In this document: in pieces, positions 38,078 to 50,600 of the stretch | How the letters are laid out: each line of letters begins with the position of its first letter | Position numbering within the stretch: position 1 is the stretch's first letter | Source of the DNA: Hormiphora californensis | Taxonomy: Eukaryota > Animalia > Ctenophora | NCBI GenBank assembly: GCA_020137815.1 | Contig: CM035361.1 | Location: 1,054,001 to 1,118,000, forward strand | Reading direction: 5' to 3' | Length of the DNA stretch: 64,000 bases | Notes under the pieces: model-generated | The model's database searches: none | Told to the model about the DNA's origin: nothing | Seen by the model: only the letters and a program-made list of their open reading frames with translations | Position numbers and translations under genes: made by a program

Positions 38078-38688
38078 ACGATCAAAAATATTAGAATACA
38101 TATGAATTTCCAGCATCTTGGTCCCATATTTCGTTCCCTATATTACCCAAGATCAGATCAGTACTTTAGCTTTGAGTACTAACCGTCATTCTCGTTTCGT
38201 TCAACTCGAAAGGTTTATTGCAAAAGGATTGGATTGCTCCGCACCCTCCGCACCCTCTTGTACTTCAAGAGGAGGCAATCTAGGATTCTTTTGAAATAAA
38301 CCTTTCCTTTGTTTCTAGAACAGTTAAATTGTCTAATTTCAATAAACGTAATTCAAACCTATCACAAAATCACCATGCAAATAACACGTAATTTTAGATC
38401 AAGATACTGTTTGTAAAACTAAACAATCACATTATAATGATCCCTAAACTACCATAAAACTATTTTTGTCAAGTGTATAAATAATAAATCACCGCGGATG
38501 AAATTAAAATTAACAGTGGTCCCATTATACGTTCTGATCCAAGGCCCGGATGGTCCTCAATTTCTGACAGCTTAGAAGCTCTGTCTGAACGCACCATGAC
38601 ACCCTGATCAAATTCATAAAGTACTCCATTGCTTCATATCAGCTAAGTTCACCAAGGCAAATATTCATGGGGCTTTGGTAAACTTCTT

Positions 38689-41600
38689 CTAGAAGTTCTC
38701 TGCATATGCTACAAAAGTCTGTTTTCCAGTAATCTTACTACACGATTCCTTAACTCCATCTGACATTGCCGGGGGTCCACACACAAAAACACCGAACTTT
38801 CTTACATCCTGGGGGAGGGAGATAGTTGAGTGAATGAGAGGTGCACAACAAGCAGCTGTCAGAGCAAATTGGTCTGACAGACAACCAGGGGAGGGGACGA
38901 TTTGGTACTGTGCTGGTAAAATATCGGGGGAAGATACTGAGATCTCAAGTCTCAGTGGAAAATAGCCGTGCACTTGACCTGAGGTTCAGGCACAACTGTT
39001 TTCCCCCAATTACTGTATATTTACCTCGTGGGTTAGTCTAATATCTTCAAACATTCTATCAAAGTTAGGTCTACCAAAGTGTGTCACTGCCTTCAAACCC
39101 GTGAACATGGACCTGGGAGAGATAGATATCATGATATCAGTAAATACTGGTCCCTGATTGGCGGATAACTAGTCATGTGCCCTAAATAACGAGTTCTGAT
39201 TGGTTGTTTACTTGTTTCGGTCGGTTCCTATGTTCGAAATTGGTTTAGACTTTAGAGACATGGTGTTAGCGGTAATGTTAGAGAGGCAACGCATTCTACC
39301 TGTTGGATACGCCTTGGAACTGCCTCTCGCAAATGTAAAGGATTGTTGTCCGTAGATCAGATTTATCAAAGAACCGAGTTATAAAGATATGGGTATCAAG
39401 GATTCCCTCTTTGTCCTCTTTCTCACATTTACCTAGGGATAATTGATTAATTTAACCATTGATTAACGAGAAAAGGGTCGACTGCCTATTATCACTCTGT
39501 ACGTTACCAGTTGGACTATAATATCTAACCGTACACTGGTGGCCCGTGTTTTGGTACTTCATTGGGTTGGTTTTACTTTACTTCCTTGATCACTGCACTG
39601 GCAAGTGCCCCGTGGCCTAATGGGGGTCTGGGGGCAAAGCCCCCAGCAATGAAAAACCATCCCACCCCTTCTAAGGTCATCCTAGAACATTATAAGATCA
39701 AATCTGAAAGGATAAACTCAGGCGCGGAAAATTTCATTTCGCCCGATTCGGGGCCAGTGCAGTATACCATACGGATGTGACTTTCGCCCTTTTCGAGCGT
39801 CTATTTAACCATGTTCCGACAAGCTAGCACGCTGAAATTTTGTATGTAAAGCTACCTCAATGATATCTAATAGTTTTTAAAATTTCAAGTGGATTGATGG
39901 TTTCGTTCAAAAGTTACGAGGGGGGTCCCAAACGCTTGCTCTGTATACATACATACATACATACATACATACATACGCACGACCTTTTTACAAACCAAAC
40001 TGAGCAAAAACGGCTGGATTTAGAGCTTTTTGTCCCGGGGAAGACCCCCCATAAATCGACTATTCTACATGTCGTAGGCTATGTAAAATTTTGATTTGAG
40101 CATGGGAAGTCATTAATTATGCATAATTTATGTATAATTTATGATTATCTCGGTATTGGTTGTGGTAAGGACATTTCAAAGGACATATTTCGACGCAGAA
40201 GAGTCGATTTATGGGGGGTCGTCCCCGGGACAAAAAGTCGTATCTCGCACCGTTTAGCCGTTATTTGCATATTTATGCACTGATTCATGATTTAATGCAT
40301 ATTCTGAATATTTCCACTTCAGATGGTCCTAGAACGTTTTCATGGACATATTTCGACGCAGAAGAGTCGATTTATGGGGGGTCGTCCCCGGACAAAAAGT
40401 CGTATCTCGCACCGTTTAGCCGTTATATGCATATTTATGCACTGATTCATGATTTAATGCATATTCTGAATATTTCCACTTCAGATGGTCCTAGAATGTT
40501 TTCATGGACATATTTCGACGTAGAATAGTCGATTTATGGGGGTCGTCCCCCGGACAAAAAGTCGTATCTCGCACCGTTTAGCCGTTATTTGCATATTTAT
40601 GCACAGATTCATGATTTAATGCATATTCTGGATATTTCCACTTCAAATGGTCCTAGAACGTTTTCATGGACATATTCGACGCAGAAGAGTCGATTTATGG
40701 GGGTTCGTCCCCGGACAAAAAGTCGTATCTCGCACCGTTTAGCCGTTATATGCATATTTATGCACTGATTCCATGATTTAATGCATATTCTGAATATTTC
40801 CACTTCAGCTGTTCCTAGAATGTTTTCATGGACATATTTCGACGTAGAATAGTCGATTTATGGGGGGGTCGGTCCCCGGACAAAAAGTCGTATCTCGCAC
40901 CGTTTAGCCCGTTATTTGCATATTTATGTTACCTGTTTACAAAAACCCTGAGAAACTAGACCAAAAAACAAAGGAAATTTGTTTGGAACACCCGTGGCCT
41001 TTTTCGATACTTGACGCTGCGGGAAATGCACCCTTCGTCAGAGCAAGACGCGAGGAAGAGTGAGAGAAAGTGTGCGTATGTTAGAACTTGGAGAGATGGC
41101 ACAACGATACCTAGTAGTATAGCTTAGATTATGGGTGCATTTCCCGCAGCGTCAAGTATCGAAAAAGGCCACGGGTGTTCCAAACAAATTTCCTTTGTTT
41201 TTTGGTCTAGTATTAACACATACCTATGATATCAAGTAACCACTCAAACTGTTTCTGTGTCCTGGACGCCCAAATAAAGTAGACCTTCTTAACTTTGGAC
41301 ATAGTGGAGGTCTGTGTGTTGCACCTGTGTACCAGATCCTTCATAATGGAAGCAAAGGGTGTCACCCCTATACCACCACCAACCAGAATAACAACCTGGG
41401 AATAACTTGATCAGATTTAGTAGGTCAATAAAGCAGGAACCGACCGAATCAGGAAATACTGGTCCCTGATTGGCTGATAACCAGTCACGTGACCTAAATA
41501 ACGAGCTCTGATTGGTTGTTTACTTGTTTCGGTCGGTTCCTGCAATAAAGAACAGCTGAAATTTTCCTGGTGCTATGTTTGTCTTATGGCAAGGCGCAAG

Positions 41601-44600
41601 GAATGTAAAATCTATCTCGGTTCAAAAGGGTGTAAACAAAGATGGTTACTTGGCACCATTGCTACCCCTCTGCTTCACAGACCTCGATCTCGCACGCACT
41701 AGGTGTCAATGTCACAAAGATGGTAACCTATCTCTTGGTAACATAGACACCTGGCGCCAGGTGTCTATGTTACCAAACCTACCTCATAGTTAGAGTAGTC
41801 CTGATGTGCCTCCCCAAAAGGTCCATCCACATACAAATTAGGATTCTTCTCAGGAGACTTCTCATTCTTTATCACCAACTCTCTGAGTACCCTTGTCCAG
41901 CCTTTACAGGTTCTAATGTGAACTGATAGGGTGTCCTCATGAGGCGCTATATGGGAGAATAATCGATGTGTTACAGTCGGACCCCGATTTAACGGCACCC
42001 TCGGGGGAAAGGGTTTTGTCCGTTAAATCGGGGTGTCCGCTAAATCGGGGCCAAATACTGTTAATTTCCTACATCGGGGGAAAATTATGCTGCCGTTAAA
42101 TCGGGGTGCCGCTAAATCGGGGGCCGTTAAATCGGGGTCCGACTGTACATGTTTTATCGGAAAGATTTACAGGCAAGCCTAGATGTACCGGACTGCCTCT
42201 GCAGTGAATCAAGGGTTGCAGGAACCGACCGAAACAAGTAAACAACCAATGAGAACTCGTTATTTAGGTCACGTGACTGGTTATTAGCCAACCAGCATTT
42301 CCTGGTTCGGTCGGTTCCTGGAATCAAGGGTTGAAATTTTCAATGATAAGGGGAGAAATATACCTGATGTTAGAGTGAAGGGGTGGTACTCGTCCCTTCC
42401 AGTCCCACTATTCACCAGCGCAATACGGACATACTGTCCTGCTAAATAGTGAAAGTCCTCCGGTCGCTTGAACACCAGGTTTGTCACCTTTATGGAGAGT
42501 TGATGTTAACAACCATTGGCATATACTATATGCTATATGATATAGTGTGTGGTTGGGGTACCCGGGGTCGGTATGAAAGATAATAGCTAAAATCTCACGC
42601 TCAGATTGTCTGATTCTGAATGTTGAATTTTGAAATTTGTTAGTGAGAAGGAACGCCGAGAATTTTCAGTTGCTTATATACCTATCAAGAGAGGTTTATT
42701 ATTTCATTTCCCTTTTTATATTCATCAGCTGCTCTGTAACAGCAATTCTGAATGCAATCTCTGCTCCCAGTATTCCTTAATATGGACAATAACTTTGCGA
42801 CGATATCCGACCCGGAAACAGTTGTACCAACGGGAAGCGCCTTTGCTCGGCATGCTCTCAAACCCCTAACCATAACGATGTGCGTCCTGGGGCTGATAAG
42901 CAGTCTCCTTCTGGTGGTAACAATCTTTGCCCGATGTCGCCGATGGACTAACCTCCCTATCACCTCCACCCTCTATCTGCACATCTGTGCTGTGAACATC
43001 ATTGAGTGTCTCAACATCCTCTTCCTCATTCCCATTTGGAACAGCACGGCCGGATTTTCACCGGATAACAAGTTGGAATTCTTTTTTGACATCATCGACG
43101 ATGTCTTCTCTATTTCCCGGCCAGCGTTTCTACTATCCATTTACCTCTTCAGACTTCAGTTTATCGTTCGTCCATCTTCCCTTTTCAATGGAGATGAAGT
43201 CCAACGTCACTGGCTGAAAACCCTAATTTGGTGTATTTGGATTGGGGCCGTGGTTATCTCCGTCATTGATAGGGAGTGCTCCTACAAAAGTTTTTGTGGA
43301 GAAAAAGTTAACTACGCGATGCTTCTAAGCGAGATTCTATTGGTGTTCTTACAGGTCCTCATCATCATGATCTCTGTTGCGATGGTGGCATATCTGGGTG
43401 TTATGTACCGACGGTTTAGCTACAACCATTCTGAGGTCACTCCCCTTCTTGATGGTGGTAACGCTGCTCTACTTGAAAACATTGCCCTAACTCTTCGAAT
43501 AGTCTGCTCCACACTTCTTGTCGATCTTCTCTGCTTCTCCTTTGCTATGGTGATGAATATTGAAACAATCATCTATGAGCTGAACCCAAATGCACGCCTA
43601 TCCCTCCTGATTCGTCTATATCACTGGCTGGGTTCCGAACTATTTATGGAATTGTTCTTCTTGCTACCAGGTGCAACCTATGCCATACTGATTAGTTGGG
43701 TACTGATCCTGGTACAAGCCAGTATGAGGCAGGCTCTGTGGGGCGTAGTGAAACGTGTGGCAAGGAGGTTCTGTGGTAGAGACAATGAGGAGTAAGAACA
43801 ATTTGTTTGACAACTAGACCCGATCAGTTAGCCACTTACACCCGATCAGTTTGCTAAGAAAGGGACAAAGATCTCAATAGGGAAAATGAAGGAATGGATC
43901 GAGTGGTGATGGACTCATTAGCTGAATTATTGTTGTCGTGCATTACCTTTGATTCTCACGAGATTGGATCAGTTTAAAATGGCATTATAAACTAATTTAC
44001 ATGGAAAGGTTTGTCCCGTACATGATTTTGTTGATTCAATACAAATCGTGTATTTAAGTTTCCTTCCTAAGTGCCCTCCCCCCGCACACCCCGTCGCCTT
44101 GCTGGACCCTCTCATACCGCCAAAATATTGTAAAAGAGGGTTAGAACATACCTCACTGGGTAGGATATTAGTCTCAATGAGGGGAACCTCCCTCTTCCTC
44201 CTGCTGACACTGACTAGTTTATCAAGTATAAAGATAAACGCTGGTCCAATCAGGTAGAGGTGGAAGGTGGGAGTCTGTAGTAACCTAGTGGGGAAGAAGT
44301 GAGTTGTAACTATAGTAACCTAGTGAGAAAGTGAGTTGTAATAATGGTAACCTAGTGGGAAAGTGAGGTCCGCTATAATAATAGTAACCGGGACACAAGG
44401 TGATCACTTCAGAGTAGGGAGAAGAGTTCATGCAATATTGGACCCTCCCCAGTAGGGTCTGACGGTCATCAACGCCGAAATAGGGAACAACGTGTTTCTG
44501 AATGAGCTTTTCAATACGAATCCCCAGCTCCTGTTCACAAAGTTACTAGTTACTAACCTAGCAGTTCCATGAAGTACAGTGAGCACCATTACAACAGGAT

Positions 44601-47600
44601 ACAGGTGATGGGTCTTCCAGAACCATGAGAACAGGTACATTCGGGCGTAGTCAGTGGAGAATACATACATGGCTATCAGGGCTACCACTAGCAGGACACC
44701 CGTTATACCTGTAGGAACGCTTAGTGAAGGACGTGTGTGTTGATCTACAGGGAACTGCCAGGTTTCAGCGTTTTACTTGGTTTGGATAATTGGAGGTTTT
44801 ATTGGAGGATGTATTGGAGGTTCTATCTAAGCTCGAGTTAGACTCCTTTGAGCGTTTGAGGCCTTGTGTTTTACATAGTCTGCGTCCATATTTCAGCACT
44901 TACAAAAAAACCTACCTGTGATTGTTCCGAATAGAAGACTTGTGATGGTTGAGGCACCGGTATCACTCAGCCAAGTCCTGGGCATCATACAAGACAGATC
45001 ATCCGGTGATAGGGTTGATATCATGTAGAAATTGTATCTGGGATGAGGATAGGGTGGAGGTAGAAGAAAGACGCAAATCCCCCTTGTGGATTCGCGCGAG
45101 TGCCAAACGAGAGTCAGAGCTTGATTCAAATGATCGTTAATTACTAGTTAGTGTGTATCTAACTCACCCATGTCCAACACAGTGGATTATGATGAAGATT
45201 GCTGTCACGTAACCCAAATAGATGTGACCGTGTCGGTTGGAATCAAGTGGGATGTATCTCTTTAGGAAGGTTCCTGTGTAGATGGGGAGATGTAACTGAT
45301 TAATTCATAGTCATACTCTTCTTATCAAACTTTTTAGAGCTCTTCAGTGAAGATGAAATCAAGAATTGCAGCTATATAAATCATACCTCTGTGGTGGATA
45401 ATTTACTAATTAATTGGTACCTCTAAGGTGGGTATTTAACTAATTAATTAGTACCTCTAAGGTGGGTATTTAACTAATTAATTAGTACCTCTAAGGTGGG
45501 TATTTAACTAATTAATTAGTACCTCTAAGGTGAGTTATGCAGTTCTTGCACATGGCGAGTAGGAAACATGGAAATGTGAACATCATAACTGCTGCAGCTC
45601 CACGGGTAAATGGCAGGGCGTAACTGAGATGGAAAGATAATGAATAAGATGCTGAAATATTTAATTTCTGATACGTATCCCAGAAATCTGAAATAAGAAT
45701 GCCCTTTAAGATGGTTGACTTATGTGATCCCCCAGTAGGATATGGGTTGAGATGGTTAACTTACCCAAGGAGTTCAGGGTATCCTGTGTGATCGCGATAT
45801 TTAGAATACGTCACAAACCTCTCCATAAACAGTATCGCAACTATCAGCAGGAATATCAAGCAGTAAAACACTTCCAACCTAATAATAATAGTATAAGTTT
45901 TTGTATACCGCCCAGGCAAAACAGGGCCAGCAAACTGAATTTAAACACCGAGATGCGTTACTGATTCAAACACAATACAAACCTATCATGAAACCATGAA
46001 CCGCGGGCACTATTTCACTGTTTCCTTGGTTTCAGTGGAGGGGTAACGACGTTACCATGGTAACCAGTTGATATTACCTGTGGTTCTCAATATAACGTTT
46101 GAACATCCCAACTTTGGGTGATTTGGCGGTGAACACGTTCTTCCTGTTACCATTCTTCCTGGATTTAGTTTTAGGTTGTACTGTCGCGTTGCCACCTGCA
46201 AACTGAAGAGGGAGAATATATTTAAAATCGGATCAACTATGAATTAATCAATTAAATAAACCATTAGTTCATTTAAATAGATTAAGGGTTTATCAGCTAG
46301 ATTCAAGAATGTATCTGGATGATACCCAATAACTTGTGAACGTACCGCTATGCTGGCATTTTCCAAGTCCTTCTCGTATCCAGCCATGAGAATCTTAAAC
46401 TCCTCAAAACTTAGCTCTGTCTTTGACTGGAAACCTACCTGCATTAACAAGGCTAAATAGTTAATTATATCAATCAATTAATTAATTGATTAATCAGCAG
46501 CGAGGTAGTGTATCAGCAGCGTCGTCAGCATGTTTTAATGTGAATGGAAAGAAGGAATTCCCCAAAAGTATGAATAAGAATCCTGCAGTGCTTCAAAATT
46601 GAAAAAAAAAATCCCAAAAAGAGCTAAAGTTTTCATGTCGAGAAACAACTTAACTTGTGGTCCTTATCTGCAAATCCTGCCTGTTAAAATTATGTTAAAT
46701 ATGTGACAGATGTGTTGATATGGAAGTGATCACGGACCATTTATAACCGAGAATTATTGATTAGTTAACTGCCTTTTATGTAACCAATTAACGTACTTTA
46801 ACGAAAAGTGATGTAATGAGAGAGTTGAGTTCGCTTGAATCCACTGAAGCAGATACCAATTCCAACATACTCTTTAACATTGCCCTGATCTCATCAACGT
46901 GTAGGCTACCTGAATTGGGAGGTAACCATGGTAACGATGTAGGTAACGATGGTAACAATGTAGGTCACCAGGCTGACATAAAACACTATACTAGGAATGT
47001 ATTTTATTCGAGTTGACAGTAAATCCCGACTTAAAATCAGAGTTCTTATGATGGTAACAGCTCATACCGTTTTTATCGACATCATACATGTTGAAGATCA
47101 ACTTCAGTTTGTCCTCTGAGTCACGGGATGAATACACGATCATGAAACTTAGAAACTCCTTGAAACTTACACTGAAGAAAGGGTTTTAGGTTTTAGCACT
47201 TTGGGATCGGGAGGGGAAATTGGTTAGTATAGTGCAGATGATATCAAATCGACGTGACTAGGGCCGACAGAAATGGTGAACTTCACCATTGGTGAAGTGG
47301 GAAAAACACAGGGGAACTTTAGCTCTTCATGTCTACCTGCCGTTGTTGTCCCTGTCCACAAGGGGGAAAACCTTGGCAACAAACTCAGAACTAGGATTGA
47401 GACCGAGTGCAGAGGAAAACTCGCATCTTGTCAGTTCACACTCGAGAATTTCACCCGATTGTCGCTCTGAAGAATTATAGGATAAATATTGTTACTGAGG
47501 AACAATGATTCATAAAGCAATTCAGCTTAAATAAAGATACGATTTCTACCTTCGACTCTCACGCAACTTTCCCCATCATCTTCGAAGCCACTCTCTTGTT

Positions 47601-50600
47601 TCATCATCTAGTTAGAGGGAGAGGTTGTTGAAGCCCATTTGTCAGGAGTAAGATCGGCTCATAAGTAGCTTATTCATAAAATAATGACTAATTAGCTGAT
47701 TAGTAACTAATTAACTCCTTACCTCACTAAATGCTGATGCCAGGAACTTGTTGATAAGGTGCTGTCGGTGAGCTTCAGTTTTAGCCACGGAGAGAATGCG
47801 TTTTGTGGGCAGGGATTGTGAGGGAAAGCTTATCTGGGGATTTGGGAGGGATTTAGCAAAATATTAATTACTTGTTAATGGAACTATTAATGGAACTATT
47901 AACAAATTCGATTAATCCTTTATTATTTCATAGTTCAAGGAACGCCTTACATCAAGTTCCAGTGCGAAGTTTTCAAGTCTACCCACGAATATCTCAGCAG
48001 CAGCCTTGTTACCAAATCTTAGGTAAATATCGTACTCCTGTAGGTGTAACGTTAAATCATGATAAGTCATAAGACTAATTGATTAATTAACTAACTAACT
48101 AATTAAAGGCATGATTCCATACACCTACCTTTGGTATAACGATGAGGATGTCCTTTTTGTTGTCGGTACACTTTATAACCGTGATACCACCCGGCTTGAA
48201 AGTCCGTACCTTCTTACCTAATCGTAATTAAAACAATTGATCATTAAAGTAAATATGTTTACTGAATTCAGTAACCACTAGTTAATTATCTTAATTAATT
48301 AAACCCCATCAAGTAATATACCTCTAGAAAGAAGCACTATTGAGCCATTATCTGTGTTCATTACAACGTCGACTACACGATCTCCGTCCTTGGACTGGAG
48401 CTCTGTGACAACACCAAACGGCTCATACTTTCCAGATTTCTTAACCTATCAATTAATAGTTCGTTAAAGAAATTAGTGATTTTTAGTATGGATTAAAGGT
48501 GGAATACCGTCCTACTGAGAATAATGACGGGGCGGGTTTCAGTATGAAAAGGAGGGTATATCCTTACCGGTGGGTTGAGAGTAAGTTTCGCCTGGTATCT
48601 CATCACGATAACCATGATAACCGTGATCACTAGGAATGAAGGCAGGAGAATAGGGATTGCATATGGAGTTCTGTTGTAGTTGTAAGATAGCAGTATCTTC
48701 CCTGGAGGGTTGAAAATAAGAATTTGGACACCAGGATCAGGGAATTGAAGTAAATTTGCTATTACAGTAACTAAACCATCCAGCCGAGTAAATAGCTAAT
48801 CTATTCACTAAATAAAGTACCTTTGCACACGGCATTGTTTACAGTAGGTTTATCACATTTTGTTGCTGTGCTGTTGTACTTGAATGGCTCGTCTACATCC
48901 CTCAGGAATATCTGTAATTAGGAGGGTAATAATTGTTTTACCGGGATGCTCGGTGGAAAGGGCTTGTACGGTAAATCGGGGTCCCACTGTATTTTTGAAC
49001 TTACTCCGTTGTTCTGCAAGATGGTTTTCATCGTGGTGTTTTCTATTTCCTTCATTTCTTCACTACTCAAACCCATTCCATTCACCTGATTCTCGTACCA
49101 AAACCTGCAAAGAATATTCATCAGTCATAAACCGGTTCTTCCATAAATAAAAAATAACCGGTTCTTAAATGAAACTCTATCAAATAATCGAAGAATGAAG
49201 ATGTGACTACTGCACGATAGCACTCCACGTACCTATCACCATGTCGAGTGCTCATGAACTGCTCGTAGAGAATGTTCTGGAATACACGTGGCATCTTGCC
49301 AGGATCTTGTTTGTGGAGGAGGAACCCACCCACCAACAACTCAATATCATCTGCACTTCCATACATCTCTTGTAGGTCTTTCTGTCAAGGTGAATTAATT
49401 GTTTATAAAAGCATTTATTATCCATTTTATCATTTTGATATCATATAGTTCTACTTTCTTTTGTTATGTTCTAACCCTCCTTGCTTTACATTTGTAAAAG
49501 CTTTCCGAGGGCGGAGCGCATGGTTTAAATCAATATTTCAGTAACTACTATACTTACTGTTTTCTCACTACCAATGATGCCTTCCCAATCCGCCCAAGTC
49601 ATTGCAGATTGCATGTAATAGATAAGGACGGTGTTAAGAGGGGGTACACCCAGATCTCGACCCCGCTGTATTGCCAGTGCCACTGCGTCCCTTCTTGTCC
49701 ATTTCATGGGTCCCCAGTAATACGACCTGTGGGTAGTTGGAGGGGGGAGTTATACTTGGCATTGGAGGGCCCTGCAGGTCTTTGTTGTTTTCTTCAACCC
49801 TTTTTATCTGTCAGGCCAATGCTCTGACCACAGTTCTCGCGCGCTCCTTATTTGAGAGAAATTTGAGAGAAATGAGAAATTTGAGAGAAATGAGAATAGG
49901 GTCAGGCCAATGCTCTGACAGCTTTTTATTAACGCGGGGAGGGGGGTCGAACAAGGCAAGGTCTTTGACTATAATACTGTGCGGCCCATTTAACTCACTG
50001 GACATCAGGTACAAAAGAGTCATCAATCTCCATTGCCGGTGCAGAAAGGAGCCCAGTAAGAACTGCCTGGGGACTCTCTGCTTCCAACATCTCCTGGGCA
50101 TTCCAGTACCAGTTACAGACTCTCTCAGCTCTCAATTTAACACACATTTTATCGGTTTCTTGGATAACGTACTCTACAAACTGATCTGGTACTGAAATAG
50201 AGGGGTGGTTATATCAATGTGATCATCAAACAAACCATCTTCCTCTTTTGGTTACCATGGTGAATCATGGTGTATGGTTACCATAGTTACAAGATGGTTA
50301 CCTCCATGGAGTGCACTTACCCATAGTCAGATGGAAGAATTGGAGTGCCCCTGCGTAGAGAATTGAAATATCAGGTTTAACAGCAGGAAGATACCCTGAT
50401 AGCTGATTCTGGTCTGTGTAGGGAGGTAGATCCCAATCTAGAAACTCCTCCACTGCTTCTGTGTACACTTTCTAAACAGGGAGAGAGATGGAGGTAGGGG
50501 AAGATTGAATGAGAGACGACATGGAGAGATATATTTTAAAGGAAAAGGAGTAGGTATATCAGATCAGGCTCCTATGACAAACAAACAAACAAACAAACAA

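Larger units (their letters stand above)
39470..41211 (+). mobile_element. Helitron/Helentron-like intronic insertion with a (TACA)n tract, a tandem array and a CTAG end; left boundary approximate
   Basis: Fills most of one DUOX intron; GGGG...CCCC hairpins, (TACA)n at ~39945-39975, and a terminal imperfect stem followed by CTAG|T at 41207-41211. Confidence 0.45.

Noticed and set aside
42752-43795. Nested ORF as the DUOX maturation factor DUOXA
   Set aside because: About seven hydrophobic segments with a GPCR-like TM3 end; no recognisable DUOXA similarity (DUOXA has five TM segments).
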